Source: a virus
Lineage: Duplodnaviria; Caudoviricetes
Direction: 5' to 3' (one strand)
DNA length: 63,028 nucleotides
IMG/VR virus record: IMGVR_UViG_3300035188_000849
Location: 1 to 63,028 of that record
Position 1 is the first letter of the stretch; every line of letters starts with the position of its first letter. The translations under genes were made by a program, and so were the position numbers. Positions 45,747-55,711 of this stretch are shown one piece after another. Below the pieces are notes generated by a model that saw nothing but the letters and a program-made list of their open reading frames with translations, did no database searches and had not been told where the DNA came from.

Positions 45747-48700
45747 ATGCAAGACGATATCGGTTACAGTTCAATTTTTCCTACCAGCGGCGCCGGATTT
45801 GCTGGTTCAAAAGGGCCAACAGGGCCAACTGGTTCTCCTCAACCAATTCCAGGCTCAACTGGAGCAACTGGTTCTGATTCTTCTTATATTGTTTCCATCG
45901 AAGTTAATCAAGATGGTCAAATAGAAGCCTTATCATCTGATGATATCATATCTGTTACTGGTACTCTAAAGGGGCCAACCGGAATATATGCAGGTCTTAC
46001 TGCTTTATCTGTAGGAAATGGTATCCCTTTCATTAAAGGTGTCTGTGGTGGAATAACTTTTGATTTTTATAATATAAGAACTTCCGGAAGTTTGGGTATA
46101 ACTTATAGCGAAGACGGAAGTTTAAAAATAACTATATCACAAACAAACAGTGAATCTGGTGGAATATCAGCATCAACTGAACCAAATAGAATAGTTTATA
46201 TACAAAGAAACACACACATAATGTCAACTGACCTGATTCCACAGGTTTCCACCAATTCAAATAGAATAGGTAGTTTAAATTATAGTTATGTAAATTTTGG
46301 AGGAGAAACCGCAGGAAGAAATGTAGTTTCTGATATTAGAGAAACAATTCTTTCAGCAGGACCTATTAGAATTGGTGAAAAAATAGTAACTTTGGATAAC
46401 TTTTATGATCATGGTGGTGCCGATGGTATAACTTTAGATGTTTCTAGAGCAACTGTCTTTGAATTAACAACCCCAATTGGAATAAAAGCATTTAAACATA
46501 ATCCAATACCAGAGGGACAGATAATGTCTGTTACTATGGTTGTTCACGGTGAAGATGTTTGGAATTTTCCAAATGACGTTGTTTTTGACCAAAGTAGTTC
46601 TCCAGTTTTTTATCCCGGTACTAATATATTACATTTATGGAAATCTTCAGATAGTTCAATATGGAGAGCCAATTTTTCTGCTAGAGGATTTGGCGTTTCA
46701 GAAATAACTGATCCTGGCTCTAAAGGTTCTTGTTGTTATTACGATGCTGATGGAACTAGAAGATGTGTTGAATATGCAACACAGACATATTGTAATGAAA
46801 AAAATGGAACATTTGCTGCATTTACTTCTTGTACAAATAATCCCTGTGTTACTAGTGACGATAATGGTGAGTTTAATGGTATTTGCTGTTCTGAAGGAAG
46901 ATGCATACCAAATATAGACATTAACCTGTGTCAAGCAATAAATGGCTATTTTATTGAAGGTATAACTTGTGGTCAATTTGGTTTATATCCTGACGATGAT
47001 GCTTCCAATCTTTCAACCGAAGAAAATATATCAGGACTTTGTTACAATAAATGCAAAGAACCCTCTATTTGCTGCAAAGATGGATTATGTTTAGGAAATT
47101 TAACACAGGAACACTGCGAACAAGTTTTAGGTGGAAAAATAGTAGCAGCGAGTAATTGCGTAACTGCTTCTTGTTGTGATCATGTAAACGCACCCGGTGC
47201 TTGCTGCAAAGCAAATGAAGATAATACTTATGAGTGCTCCCAAGTAAATACTCCGTTTGAATGTTTATCTTCTGGTGGAATTTACATGGGAAGAAACAGT
47301 TCATGTGAAACAATTAATTGTTCTTGCGACATCAACGAAACTACAACTTGCTATAGATGTGATCAAGGAACTAATGGTTGCAACTGTGTGCCAGAATTAA
47401 TAAGTTCCGGAACTTGTAATAGTTTTGGTTATTATGATACACCAACAGAATGCTCAAATAATTGTATACAAAAAACCTGTTATAAATGCAATGGTACAGT
47501 GTGTGAACAAACAACCAGTTGTAGCACTTGCCCTGATGGGTATACAGAGGGATCTTGTATACAAGATATAACATGTCAAACAAAAACATGCTATAAGGAG
47601 TGTGAAAATTGTCAATGTGACAGTCAAATAGTTTCTGCCGATGAACAATGTCCAGATGAATATGAAAATAGTTCATGCGATTGTGATACTTCAATATGTG
47701 ATAGACAAATTGCTTGTTTTTGGTGTTTTCCTCAGACAAATTCAAATATTGCTAACTTGTCACCACTAACTTCTGGTGGATGGGCAACTCTCGCAGCAAG
47801 ACATATGCAAGCACCATACAGAGCAGTTGCATTTTTAAATAGCGAAGGAATAACAAGATTAAATAACCATACAAGTCAATCAGAACAACTAAGTATTACA
47901 TTACCATCACTAGATGGCTCAACTACCAGAATTGTAAATGTATTAACTGAACAATATACAGAAGATGGAACTACATATGAGATTCCTTATTTTGTTGAAA
48001 CTCTAACTTCTAATACAAATATAAATGTTGCCAACCTACCAACAGCACCAGCAACTATTCATTCTAATCCACTTAGCGTAACTGGTTCATACAGATGTTA
48101 TTATATTGGTTCTTATCAACATTCTACAGCAAATCCAATAGAAAACAGAACTAGATGTTTAAATGCATTTGGTTATCAAAACGTAAATCAACAAAAATGT
48201 AAACTGTGTGATAAGATGGAAGAAATTAATTACGAACTATTACCAACCCCAGACTTTCCAGAAGGTACTTACAATATAAGTTCTGTTGAACCTTATAGTG
48301 TAATAATTAATGATTACTCTGCTTATGCACCATTTCCACCTTTATGGGGGAGAATGACACAGGCTTGGGAAACACAATTTTGTGGTTTGGGTTTATATTT
48401 TAGACAAACTTTGAATTTAAGATTGATGAGTGATCAAAGAATATTAGAAATGTGTCATTCTGCAAGAACCGGACAATTAAAAGGTTTTATGCATAAATTA
48501 ATGCAAAAATTTAAATCTGGTTATCAAGGTAAAAATGAAATATTGAATGACATGGTAGCAGGTATGAATACTGCTCTGGGAAGACCAGAATATGTAGGTC
48601 CTCATGTAAATACCATATTTTCTGCTTTCCCCGCGAGCCATTTTATACAGTACGATCCATATTTATTATCCACCATTGTTCCTGAAACTTATGGGTCTCC

Positions 48701-49682
48701 TTTGCAAATTGCGTATCATAAATCAACAAACACAAATAATCTACCGCTTCATGTTAGTTGTGCTAGAGATGGAACTGCGGAATGGACTAACTGGAATAAC
48801 GATAATATAATTGATCCAGAAGATCCCGGTACAGTTTTTGAATCTACTAATTGGTGGCAAAGATTAAGAGGTTGGTATTTGCCGTGGTATAATGAAAGAA
48901 TTGGTGCATATGGAGAATCATTAGCAGAGATTGATAATTATGATAATTGGAGTGATGAAACTAAATTAAGAATTTTATCATATTATTATCCACTACAAGA
49001 CGGTTCTCCCATTTTAGATGAAAGTTCTGAGGGAACTTTAGATCAATTAACTGGAGAATTATTTTTCTATAAACCCGAAGATCAGGAATTTGGTCCAATA
49101 CAAGGTGGAGCAAGTTTAATTGCAATTCCACCACCAATTGGAACACCACCAGAAGCCTATGGAACAACAGCAACAAAAAATGTTCCTATTAATGGTGTAT
49201 CAAAAGGTTTACCCAGAGGAATTTTTGGAAGAAACCTAAGATATAATCTAGACAAATTTAGAACAGCAACCGTGTTTTACCATGAGGAAAACGGTGTTTT
49301 AGTACAAACTATGCCATTTGTTCCTCTTGGAGACAAACATGTTTCTGTTCCAGTTCTTTATATTAATGGATGGTTTGATTCTTCTGCGGAATGTACTACT
49401 TCGTGGGGTCCTCAGTGTATAGGTCTAGGAGGTCCTTGTAGTAATTCTCCGCCTTGCACTGCAACTCCGGGATGTTGGGGTTGTGCCGGAACTGGTGGTG
49501 GAAATGGAAGTAATTGGTTTGCTAATGTAGGACTAATTGGAACTTCTTATGATTTTACTTCGGAAACAGCACCACTAGTTCAAAATTCAACAACCAATAG
49601 TAAAACAAAAAATGTTAAAATTGCAGATGGAATCTGTGTAAATATGTTATGTCCAGAATGTGATTCATACGAAAGTTGCTAA
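45747..49682 (+). CDS. very Cys-rich fibre-like protein (1311 aa)
   Basis: GPTGPTG; GSCC/GICC/GACC repeats then TCYxC repeats; no Lcl-like end. Confidence 0.65.
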   Translation: MQDDIGYSSIFPTSGAGFAGSKGPTGPTGSPQPIPGSTGATGSDSSYIVSIEVNQDGQIEALSSDDIISVTGTLKGPTGIYAGLTALSVGNGIPFIKGVCGGITFDFYNIRTSGSLGITYSEDGSLKITISQTNSESGGISASTEPNRIVYIQRNTHIMSTDLIPQVSTNSNRIGSLNYSYVNFGGETAGRNVVSDIRETILSAGPIRIGEKIVTLDNFYDHGGADGITLDVSRATVFELTTPIGIKAFKHNPIPEGQIMSVTMVVHGEDVWNFPNDVVFDQSSSPVFYPGTNILHLWKSSDSSIWRANFSARGFGVSEITDPGSKGSCCYYDADGTRRCVEYATQTYCNEKNGTFAAFTSCTNNPCVTSDDNGEFNGICCSEGRCIPNIDINLCQAINGYFIEGITCGQFGLYPDDDASNLSTEENISGLCYNKCKEPSICCKDGLCLGNLTQEHCEQVLGGKIVAASNCVTASCCDHVNAPGACCKANEDNTYECSQVNTPFECLSSGGIYMGRNSSCETINCSCDINETTTCYRCDQGTNGCNCVPELISSGTCNSFGYYDTPTECSNNCIQKTCYKCNGTVCEQTTSCSTCPDGYTEGSCIQDITCQTKTCYKECENCQCDSQIVSADEQCPDEYENSSCDCDTSICDRQIACFWCFPQTNSNIANLSPLTSGGWATLAARHMQAPYRAVAFLNSEGITRLNNHTSQSEQLSITLPSLDGSTTRIVNVLTEQYTEDGTTYEIPYFVETLTSNTNINVANLPTAPATIHSNPLSVTGSYRCYYIGSYQHSTANPIENRTRCLNAFGYQNVNQQKCKLCDKMEEINYELLPTPDFPEGTYNISSVEPYSVIINDYSAYAPFPPLWGRMTQAWETQFCGLGLYFRQTLNLRLMSDQRILEMCHSARTGQLKGFMHKLMQKFKSGYQGKNEILNDMVAGMNTALGRPEYVGPHVNTIFSAFPASHFIQYDPYLLSTIVPETYGSPLQIAYHKSTNTNNLPLHVSCARDGTAEWTNWNNDNIIDPEDPGTVFESTNWWQRLRGWYLPWYNERIGAYGESLAEIDNYDNWSDETKLRILSYYYPLQDGSPILDESSEGTLDQLTGELFFYKPEDQEFGPIQGGASLIAIPPPIGTPPEAYGTTATKNVPINGVSKGLPRGIFGRNLRYNLDKFRTATVFYHEENGVLVQTMPFVPLGDKHVSVPVLYINGWFDSSAECTTSWGPQCIGLGGPCSNSPPCTATPGCWGCAGTGGGNGSNWFANVGLIGTSYDFTSETAPLVQNSTTNSKTKNVKIADGICVNMLCPECDSYESC

Positions 49683-52247
49683 ATGTCAATCCAATTTAGA
49701 ACAAAATCTCGAACATCAATAAATTATTCTAGTTTCATTGGAAACAGCGGATTGACTGGCTGTTGCTATGTTTACGAAAATAATGAAGTTGTTCAGAATC
49801 AAAATTATACATTATCACAATGCAATCAACAAGACGGACTATTTAAACCCGGAACATGTGATCCAACTTTTAACTTATTACCATCTTCGATGGGTTGCTG
49901 CTGTGCATGTTCATTAAAAGAAGAAACCGGAAATCCACTATCCTCACTTACACTCTGTGAATGTGAAAGTATAAGTGGCAAATGGACACTGGGTTCATGT
50001 GATAATTTAACTGAAAATGAATATTGTATATCTGGAACTCAAGAACAATCAAACACAATAGATTTTAGAAACAAAAAAGCATGTTGTCATCCAAGCATAT
50101 CAGAGGATGGAACTGTTTTTTCTGATTGCACTGACGTTTGTAGCGAAAAGGAGTGTGCAGAAAAAGCAATAGTTCCTTATACTGCCACATATTACAACAA
50201 CGGAAGAGTGTGTGATGTTGAAGTTGGTTCTGCCGCATCTGTGAGAGATGAATGTAAATTATCTGAATCTAGCAAAGTAATATTAAATTCTTGTGAAAAT
50301 GGAACAAATTTGTTTTGTTGGAACAAGGGTGGTCAGAATAGATGTGATTTTAAATACGAATTTAGTGATATTTTATTACAATCTTTATATCCGGGAAGTT
50401 ATTTTGAAAATGTAAATCAATACGTTGTTCAATTGAAGAATTTTTCATCTCCACAAAATTTAAGTATTGCCATATTGGGTTCACAATATGGATCATCTTT
50501 TCCAGACATAGAAGATTTTGCAAAATCTCTTCTAATTAGAATAAAAAAAATATGTCCGGGAAGTTTGTCGTTCGATAATTCAATATCCGAGCCAGATAAG
50601 TGGATTGATGGATATTTTGCCTTAATGGACAATAACAACATTCCACGTTATTATTCTTCTCCGAATTATATTTCTAATAATTTTGAAAATTCTGCCAACT
50701 CTCCAATTCCAACCCAAACACCAATAGCGCCAGTAAAGGATTTAATTGCGACTAGAACATTTAGTGCTTGGATTGATTCATCAAATAATGTCAAAATTTT
50801 TGGAAGATTTTATTCTGGAAGTTTAAATCAATACAAAACATTTAGTATAAGCACAAAACTTAAAAAAATATACCAACACAATTTGGCGCCAGTGGGTTTT
50901 GATACTCATCAATCTATACCAGAATATTCTACAGTAGGATTTGTTGGACAGAAGTTGGATGGAACTTTTGAATATTTTTCTCCATTTATTTCACAAATTC
51001 AACAACTTCAACAGATACAACAAATAATCAGAAGTTTACCACCAAAGGATTATGTTAATGCATCTTTTGGAAACAGTACTTTCTGCGGAATAGAAGCAGA
51101 TGGAACAATGTCTTGTGTTTCTCTAAACAACGAACTATTACAAAAATATCCGATAAACAAAAAGTATAAATTGGTTTCTTGCACCAGTGCTCTTTCCAGT
51201 GAGTTCTCAGGAATAAACAACCCAAACAATGAATATTGTTTTGCCGTAGACGAAGATAATAAATTTGTAAAAATGTCATCCCAACTATTTGAGTTCTACA
51301 GAGAACCTTCTTCATCAAATACTGATGTAATTGGTTTGTCTTGTTACAATAATTATTGTTTGTCTGTAGTTGAGCCTGATGAGAATATTTGTAACAGCCA
51401 ATTACTGGGAAGTTGCTGTACATGTACAGAAGACATAACAAATTGCATTCAAACAATTCAAGGAACTTGTTTAGAACTGGGTGGTGATTTTACAAGCGGC
51501 GGAATATGTTGTAATTTAAATCAAACAGAAAATTGTATTAATTGCTCTAATATTCCAAACTGCAACAATTTTACAATAATATCTTCTACTAGTTCTGAAT
51601 CAGACCTTCCAACCTCAGAATTGACATATTATAAAGATGGATTATATGTTGGCATTTTTGAACCGGGAAGTCCAATAAATCAACAGGGATCTATTGTAAA
51701 CGGAAACCCATATACTGGAAATGCACTTAACTATAAACCTAATGTAGTTGGTTATGGTACTACTTCCAAAAAATGGGCAATCATAGTGTCTCCAAGTGAT
51801 TATGAATTGAATTATTTAAATGAAGATTCGGAGAATCAAGAAATAATACCAGCATCAATGTATGATGGTCTTTGGAATACTTACGGAAACAATAATGAAT
51901 ATTTTGGAATTATGTCCAAAACAATGCAAACTTTACGAGAAAAATCTAGGCTTTCTGGGTGGTATCTACCTTCTAAAAATGAATTAGAGTTTATCAATAA
52001 ACAAATAAATCATGGATTTTTTATACCAGAGATATTTAAATCTTTAAAGAATGAAATTTACTTGACCTCTACACCATATTTTAAAATAAATTCTGATACA
52101 ATATTTGACATAGATAAACAAATATTTGAAGGCAATTCGTTTATGTATGGTCAAAATTTTAGTAAATTAGATTATGGTACTATATACTTAGTACCAAGAA
52201 CTAAAAATGTAAATGTTCGTCTTATAAGACGAATTGAATTGGAGTAA
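49683..52247 (+). CDS. Cys-rich fibre-like protein with RCC1-like segments and Lcl/DUF1566-like C-terminus
   Basis: GCC repeats; FGNSTFCGIEADGTMSC; GWYLPSKNEL, YLTST, VRLIRR. Confidence 0.65.
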   Translation: MSIQFRTKSRTSINYSSFIGNSGLTGCCYVYENNEVVQNQNYTLSQCNQQDGLFKPGTCDPTFNLLPSSMGCCCACSLKEETGNPLSSLTLCECESISGKWTLGSCDNLTENEYCISGTQEQSNTIDFRNKKACCHPSISEDGTVFSDCTDVCSEKECAEKAIVPYTATYYNNGRVCDVEVGSAASVRDECKLSESSKVILNSCENGTNLFCWNKGGQNRCDFKYEFSDILLQSLYPGSYFENVNQYVVQLKNFSSPQNLSIAILGSQYGSSFPDIEDFAKSLLIRIKKICPGSLSFDNSISEPDKWIDGYFALMDNNNIPRYYSSPNYISNNFENSANSPIPTQTPIAPVKDLIATRTFSAWIDSSNNVKIFGRFYSGSLNQYKTFSISTKLKKIYQHNLAPVGFDTHQSIPEYSTVGFVGQKLDGTFEYFSPFISQIQQLQQIQQIIRSLPPKDYVNASFGNSTFCGIEADGTMSCVSLNNELLQKYPINKKYKLVSCTSALSSEFSGINNPNNEYCFAVDEDNKFVKMSSQLFEFYREPSSSNTDVIGLSCYNNYCLSVVEPDENICNSQLLGSCCTCTEDITNCIQTIQGTCLELGGDFTSGGICCNLNQTENCINCSNIPNCNNFTIISSTSSESDLPTSELTYYKDGLYVGIFEPGSPINQQGSIVNGNPYTGNALNYKPNVVGYGTTSKKWAIIVSPSDYELNYLNEDSENQEIIPASMYDGLWNTYGNNNEYFGIMSKTMQTLREKSRLSGWYLPSKNELEFINKQINHGFFIPEIFKSLKNEIYLTSTPYFKINSDTIFDIDKQIFEGNSFMYGQNFSKLDYGTIYLVPRTKNVNVRLIRRIELE

Positions 52248-52253
52248 TAAATT

Positions 52254-52838
52254 ATGAGTGAAAATTCTTCGTGTTCAAATAAACCAAATCCAATCGAATT
52301 TAGAACTGTAGCAGTCCCAGACAATAAAAGTGTTATCTCCAAAAAGATAGGGATGATTCAAAGTTTTGCCATGTCTTTGACTTCTAGAGGATTAAACGAG
52401 AAAAAAATCAACCGGGCAACTAAGCAACTCAGAGTATTAAGTTGTTTTGGAGATAAGCACCTAAACGGTGTAGTTCCTCCATGCGAACACCTAAAGGAAA
52501 GCAAAACAGAGGGACAATACTTCTGTGGTGGATGTGGTTGCGGAGATAGACAAGGAACTTGGTTGGTAGCCAACGGAAACGACTACAGTAAACTAGATTA
52601 TCCAAAACTTAATTGCCCAATAACTATGCCAGGGTTTACTAATTATACCCCAAGTAAACCAGATGAAGCAGTTGCACCAATAACTAGAAAATATTACATT
52701 GAAAATATTGCTTTTGAGGATCTTAATAAGATGCCTGTCACTTTACCAGATATGCCAGAAGCAATGCGTAAAGTAATGGACGAACGAGAAGCCAAGATGT
52801 TGGAGCAAAATAAACTGAATAGTCAACCACTTCAGTAA
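52254..52838 (+). CDS. Cys-cluster hypothetical protein
   Basis: C..PPC..FCGGCGCG..LNCP. Confidence 0.65.
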   Translation: MSENSSCSNKPNPIEFRTVAVPDNKSVISKKIGMIQSFAMSLTSRGLNEKKINRATKQLRVLSCFGDKHLNGVVPPCEHLKESKTEGQYFCGGCGCGDRQGTWLVANGNDYSKLDYPKLNCPITMPGFTNYTPSKPDEAVAPITRKYYIENIAFEDLNKMPVTLPDMPEAMRKVMDEREAKMLEQNKLNSQPLQ

Positions 52839-52872
52839 TATTTAAAGCCATAAATAACTTTAAGGAGAATTT

Positions 52873-53679
52873 ATGGCAGCACCAAACTCAAGACAAACCC
52901 TAATTGAGTATGCTTTAAGACAACTTGGAGCACCAGTTGTTGATATCAATGTGGATTGGCAACAATGTGAAGATCGTCTTGATGATGCACTTCAATACTT
53001 CTCAGAGAGACACTTTGACGGAGTAGAAAGAGCATATTTCCTGTATACGTTAACTGAACAGGACATGACAAACGAATACATCAACACGGATGATTTGGGA
53101 CCAGTGAATGGTTTTGGTGGTGATGGTCCTACCGGAAAAGATATTCTCAGTGTCGTCAAAGTATTTCAGTTTGGCCCATTTAGCAATATTTCGATGTTTG
53201 ATGTTCGATATCAAATGGCTCTAACTGACTATTTTGGTATCAATACAAATCTTATGTCTAGCAGAAATATGGGTCTTGCACAATATGACAGCACAAAGAG
53301 ATATATCAATATGATTCAAGATCTCTTTCAACCAGAAAAAACTGTTAGATTCAGCAAAGTAACAAATAAACTTCAAATCGAAATGAATTGGAGAGAAGAG
53401 TTAACAGTTGGTAGAAAAATTATAATTGAAGCCTATGTTTCATTAGATCCACAAAAATTTCCAGAGATCTACAATGATCGCCTATTGAAAAAATATGTAA
53501 CAGCACTTATCAAGAAACAATGGGGAATGAATATGGCTAAGTTTGGTGGTGTTCAACTACCTGGCGGTGTTACTCTTCGTGGTCCAGAGATAGTTGCAGA
53601 AGCAATTGGAGAAATTCAATTAATTGAAGCACAAGTTCAACTTGAATACGAACTACCAATTAACTTCATGATGGGTTAA
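52873..53679 (+). CDS. gp13: neck protein gp13
   Basis: LRQLGAPVVDINVD, HFDG, KKQWGMNMAKF.GVQLPGG; CATAAATA at 52849. Confidence 0.95.
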   Translation: MAAPNSRQTLIEYALRQLGAPVVDINVDWQQCEDRLDDALQYFSERHFDGVERAYFLYTLTEQDMTNEYINTDDLGPVNGFGGDGPTGKDILSVVKVFQFGPFSNISMFDVRYQMALTDYFGINTNLMSSRNMGLAQYDSTKRYINMIQDLFQPEKTVRFSKVTNKLQIEMNWREELTVGRKIIIEAYVSLDPQKFPEIYNDRLLKKYVTALIKKQWGMNMAKFGGVQLPGGVTLRGPEIVAEAIGEIQLIEAQVQLEYELPINFMMG

Positions 53680-53682
53680 TAA

Positions 53683-54594
53683 ATGGCTAAAAATCCCTAC
53701 TTCAAAGATTATTCAGGTGAACAAAATATCATCGAAGATCTCTCAATTGAGATCATTAAAACGATGGGTAGGGAGATGCTTTATATTCCGAGAGAACAAT
53801 ATAACGGAATAACAGAATTCGGCGAAGCACAATATAAGTACACCAAAATTTTTCCTTTGGAAATGTATATTGCCTCAGTAAATGGTTTTGAAGGACAGGG
53901 AGATATAATTTCTAAATTTGGTCTTGAAGTAAGAGATAAAGTAAACTTAATAGTATCAAGAAAAAGATTTGATCAAGAGGTAGGGGAAAGATACGGTATT
54001 ACCAGACCGCGAGAAGGAGATTTAATTTACTTTCCCCTCAGCAAAGGATTGTTTGAAATAAACTTTGTTGAACATGAAAATCCATTTTATCAAGCAGGAA
54101 AATTGTACACTTATTTTCTAGTATGTGAACTCACCACAATTGACGGTGATGAGTTTAGAACCGAAAATAGTGAAGTTGATATAGTACAAGACGAAATAAA
54201 AACAAAAATTTACGAATTGTCTATTACTACTAGTGTAAATTCAGTATCTAGATATGCCGATGGTGAGACTGTTTATCAGGTGTACGGAGTTACTGGTGGT
54301 TCCTACTCAACGGCAACCGGAGAAGCAACTCTAATAAGACATGACTTTACAAACAGCAAATTATTGATTGCCGGCATAAGTGGTTCTTTTAACTATGCGG
54401 GACAAACAATCAGGGGAAGAAGATCTGGTGCAGAATTCTACGTTACCGGAATGACTGGAACAAATATAGTCATACCAATATCTCCAGTTACAAATGAAAC
54501 ACTGGGAGACAATGAAGTTATAGAAATGGACAAAGACTTTAATGAAATTTATGATTTTACTGACATTGATCCATTCTCGGAGGGTAATTACTAA
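53683..54594 (+). CDS. gp14: neck protein gp14
   Basis: EQNIIEDL, YIPR, SKFGLE, RPREGDLIYFP, VEHENPFYQ. Confidence 0.95.
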   Translation: MAKNPYFKDYSGEQNIIEDLSIEIIKTMGREMLYIPREQYNGITEFGEAQYKYTKIFPLEMYIASVNGFEGQGDIISKFGLEVRDKVNLIVSRKRFDQEVGERYGITRPREGDLIYFPLSKGLFEINFVEHENPFYQAGKLYTYFLVCELTTIDGDEFRTENSEVDIVQDEIKTKIYELSITTSVNSVSRYADGETVYQVYGVTGGSYSTATGEATLIRHDFTNSKLLIAGISGSFNYAGQTIRGRRSGAEFYVTGMTGTNIVIPISPVTNETLGDNEVIEMDKDFNEIYDFTDIDPFSEGNY

Positions 54595-55259
54595 TGTTTG
54601 ATTATTTTTACAACGAAACTCTTCGAAAAATTACTTTAGCGTTTGGTGGACTGTTTGATGAAATATACATCGAAAAGAAAACACCAGAAGACACAATAGA
54701 AAGAGTCAGAGTTCCTTTGACTTATTCTAGTAAAGAAAAATTCATAAGAAGACTAAACGAGGCAAGTTCTATTTCAAATAATGTAAAAATTGAAACGTAT
54801 TTGCCAAAAATGTCATTTAGTATGGTAAACATGGGTTATGATGTTTTGCGAAAAGTAAACAAAGTAAATAGAAAGTTCAAAGTAACTGGTACAGGAGAAA
54901 ACAGTAAAACATATCAAGGTTTTACAGAAGTTCCGTATAATGTTCAATTTGAAGTTGGTGTTTATACAAGAAATGTAGAAGATAACTTACAAATTATAGA
55001 ACAAATCATTCCTTACTTTTCTCCAGAATTTATTGTGACTTTAAAAATGAATAAATTAGATACCCACGTTGATGTGCCTATAGTATTAACAGGTATCAAT
55101 TTTACAGACACATATGATGGAGATTTTTTAACAAGAAGAATGGTAACATCAAATTTAAACTTCATAGCAAAGGCTCATGTGTTTGCAAAAGTTGTTGAAG
55201 GTGGTTCTGGAATAATTAAAGAAGTTGATGTTAATGTTTTTGAGGATGATGAACTATGA
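54594..55259 (+). CDS. gp15: tail sheath stabiliser/terminator gp15
   Basis: YFYNETLRK, VPLTY..KEKF, LPKMSF, QIIEQIIPYF.P. Confidence 0.95.
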   Translation: MFDYFYNETLRKITLAFGGLFDEIYIEKKTPEDTIERVRVPLTYSSKEKFIRRLNEASSISNNVKIETYLPKMSFSMVNMGYDVLRKVNKVNRKFKVTGTGENSKTYQGFTEVPYNVQFEVGVYTRNVEDNLQIIEQIIPYFSPEFIVTLKMNKLDTHVDVPIVLTGINFTDTYDGDFLTRRMVTSNLNFIAKAHVFAKVVEGGSGIIKEVDVNVFEDDEL

Positions 55260-55711
55260 ATGATAAAGTTCCACCGATATTTGACACAATTTCTGAAAGT
55301 CTCGGAGTCGAGTTCAATCCAAGCAAAAAAGAAATCACTTTACCAAAAGAAAAACTTGAAGAGCACGAAGAAAGAAAAGTTGAATCTGATTTTGAATATG
55401 CAAGAAAGAATCTTAAAGAACTTATCGATAAAGGAATGATAAGTTTAGAAAATGCAATTTCGTTGGCAGAAAGTCTAGATCAGCCTCGTGGTTTTGAGGT
55501 GGTATCCACCTTTGCAAAGCAACTAGCAGAAATGAACAAAGATTTAATGGATCTCCACAAGCAAAAGAAAGAGATTCAAAAAGAAAACATCACAGTAAAT
55601 AACAACACAACAAATGCCATATATGTTGGTTCGACAAGTGATCTCCAAGATCTTATAAACAAAGATCGGAGCAGAAAGAAGGCATTAGGTAATGGGGAAG
55701 AACAAAGATAA
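55256..55711 (+). CDS. gp16: terminase small subunit gp16
   Basis: DFEYARKNL, PRGFEV, NNTTNAIYVGSTSDLQ. Confidence 0.93.
   Translation: MNDKVPPIFDTISESLGVEFNPSKKEITLPKEKLEEHEERKVESDFEYARKNLKELIDKGMISLENAISLAESLDQPRGFEVVSTFAKQLAEMNKDLMDLHKQKKEIQKENITVNNNTTNAIYVGSTSDLQDLINKDRSRKKALGNGEEQR

Noticed and set aside
39958-52247. Diversity-generating retroelement acting on the Lcl-like domains
   Set aside because: No reverse transcriptase and no template/variable repeat pair noticed in this window; cannot be excluded elsewhere
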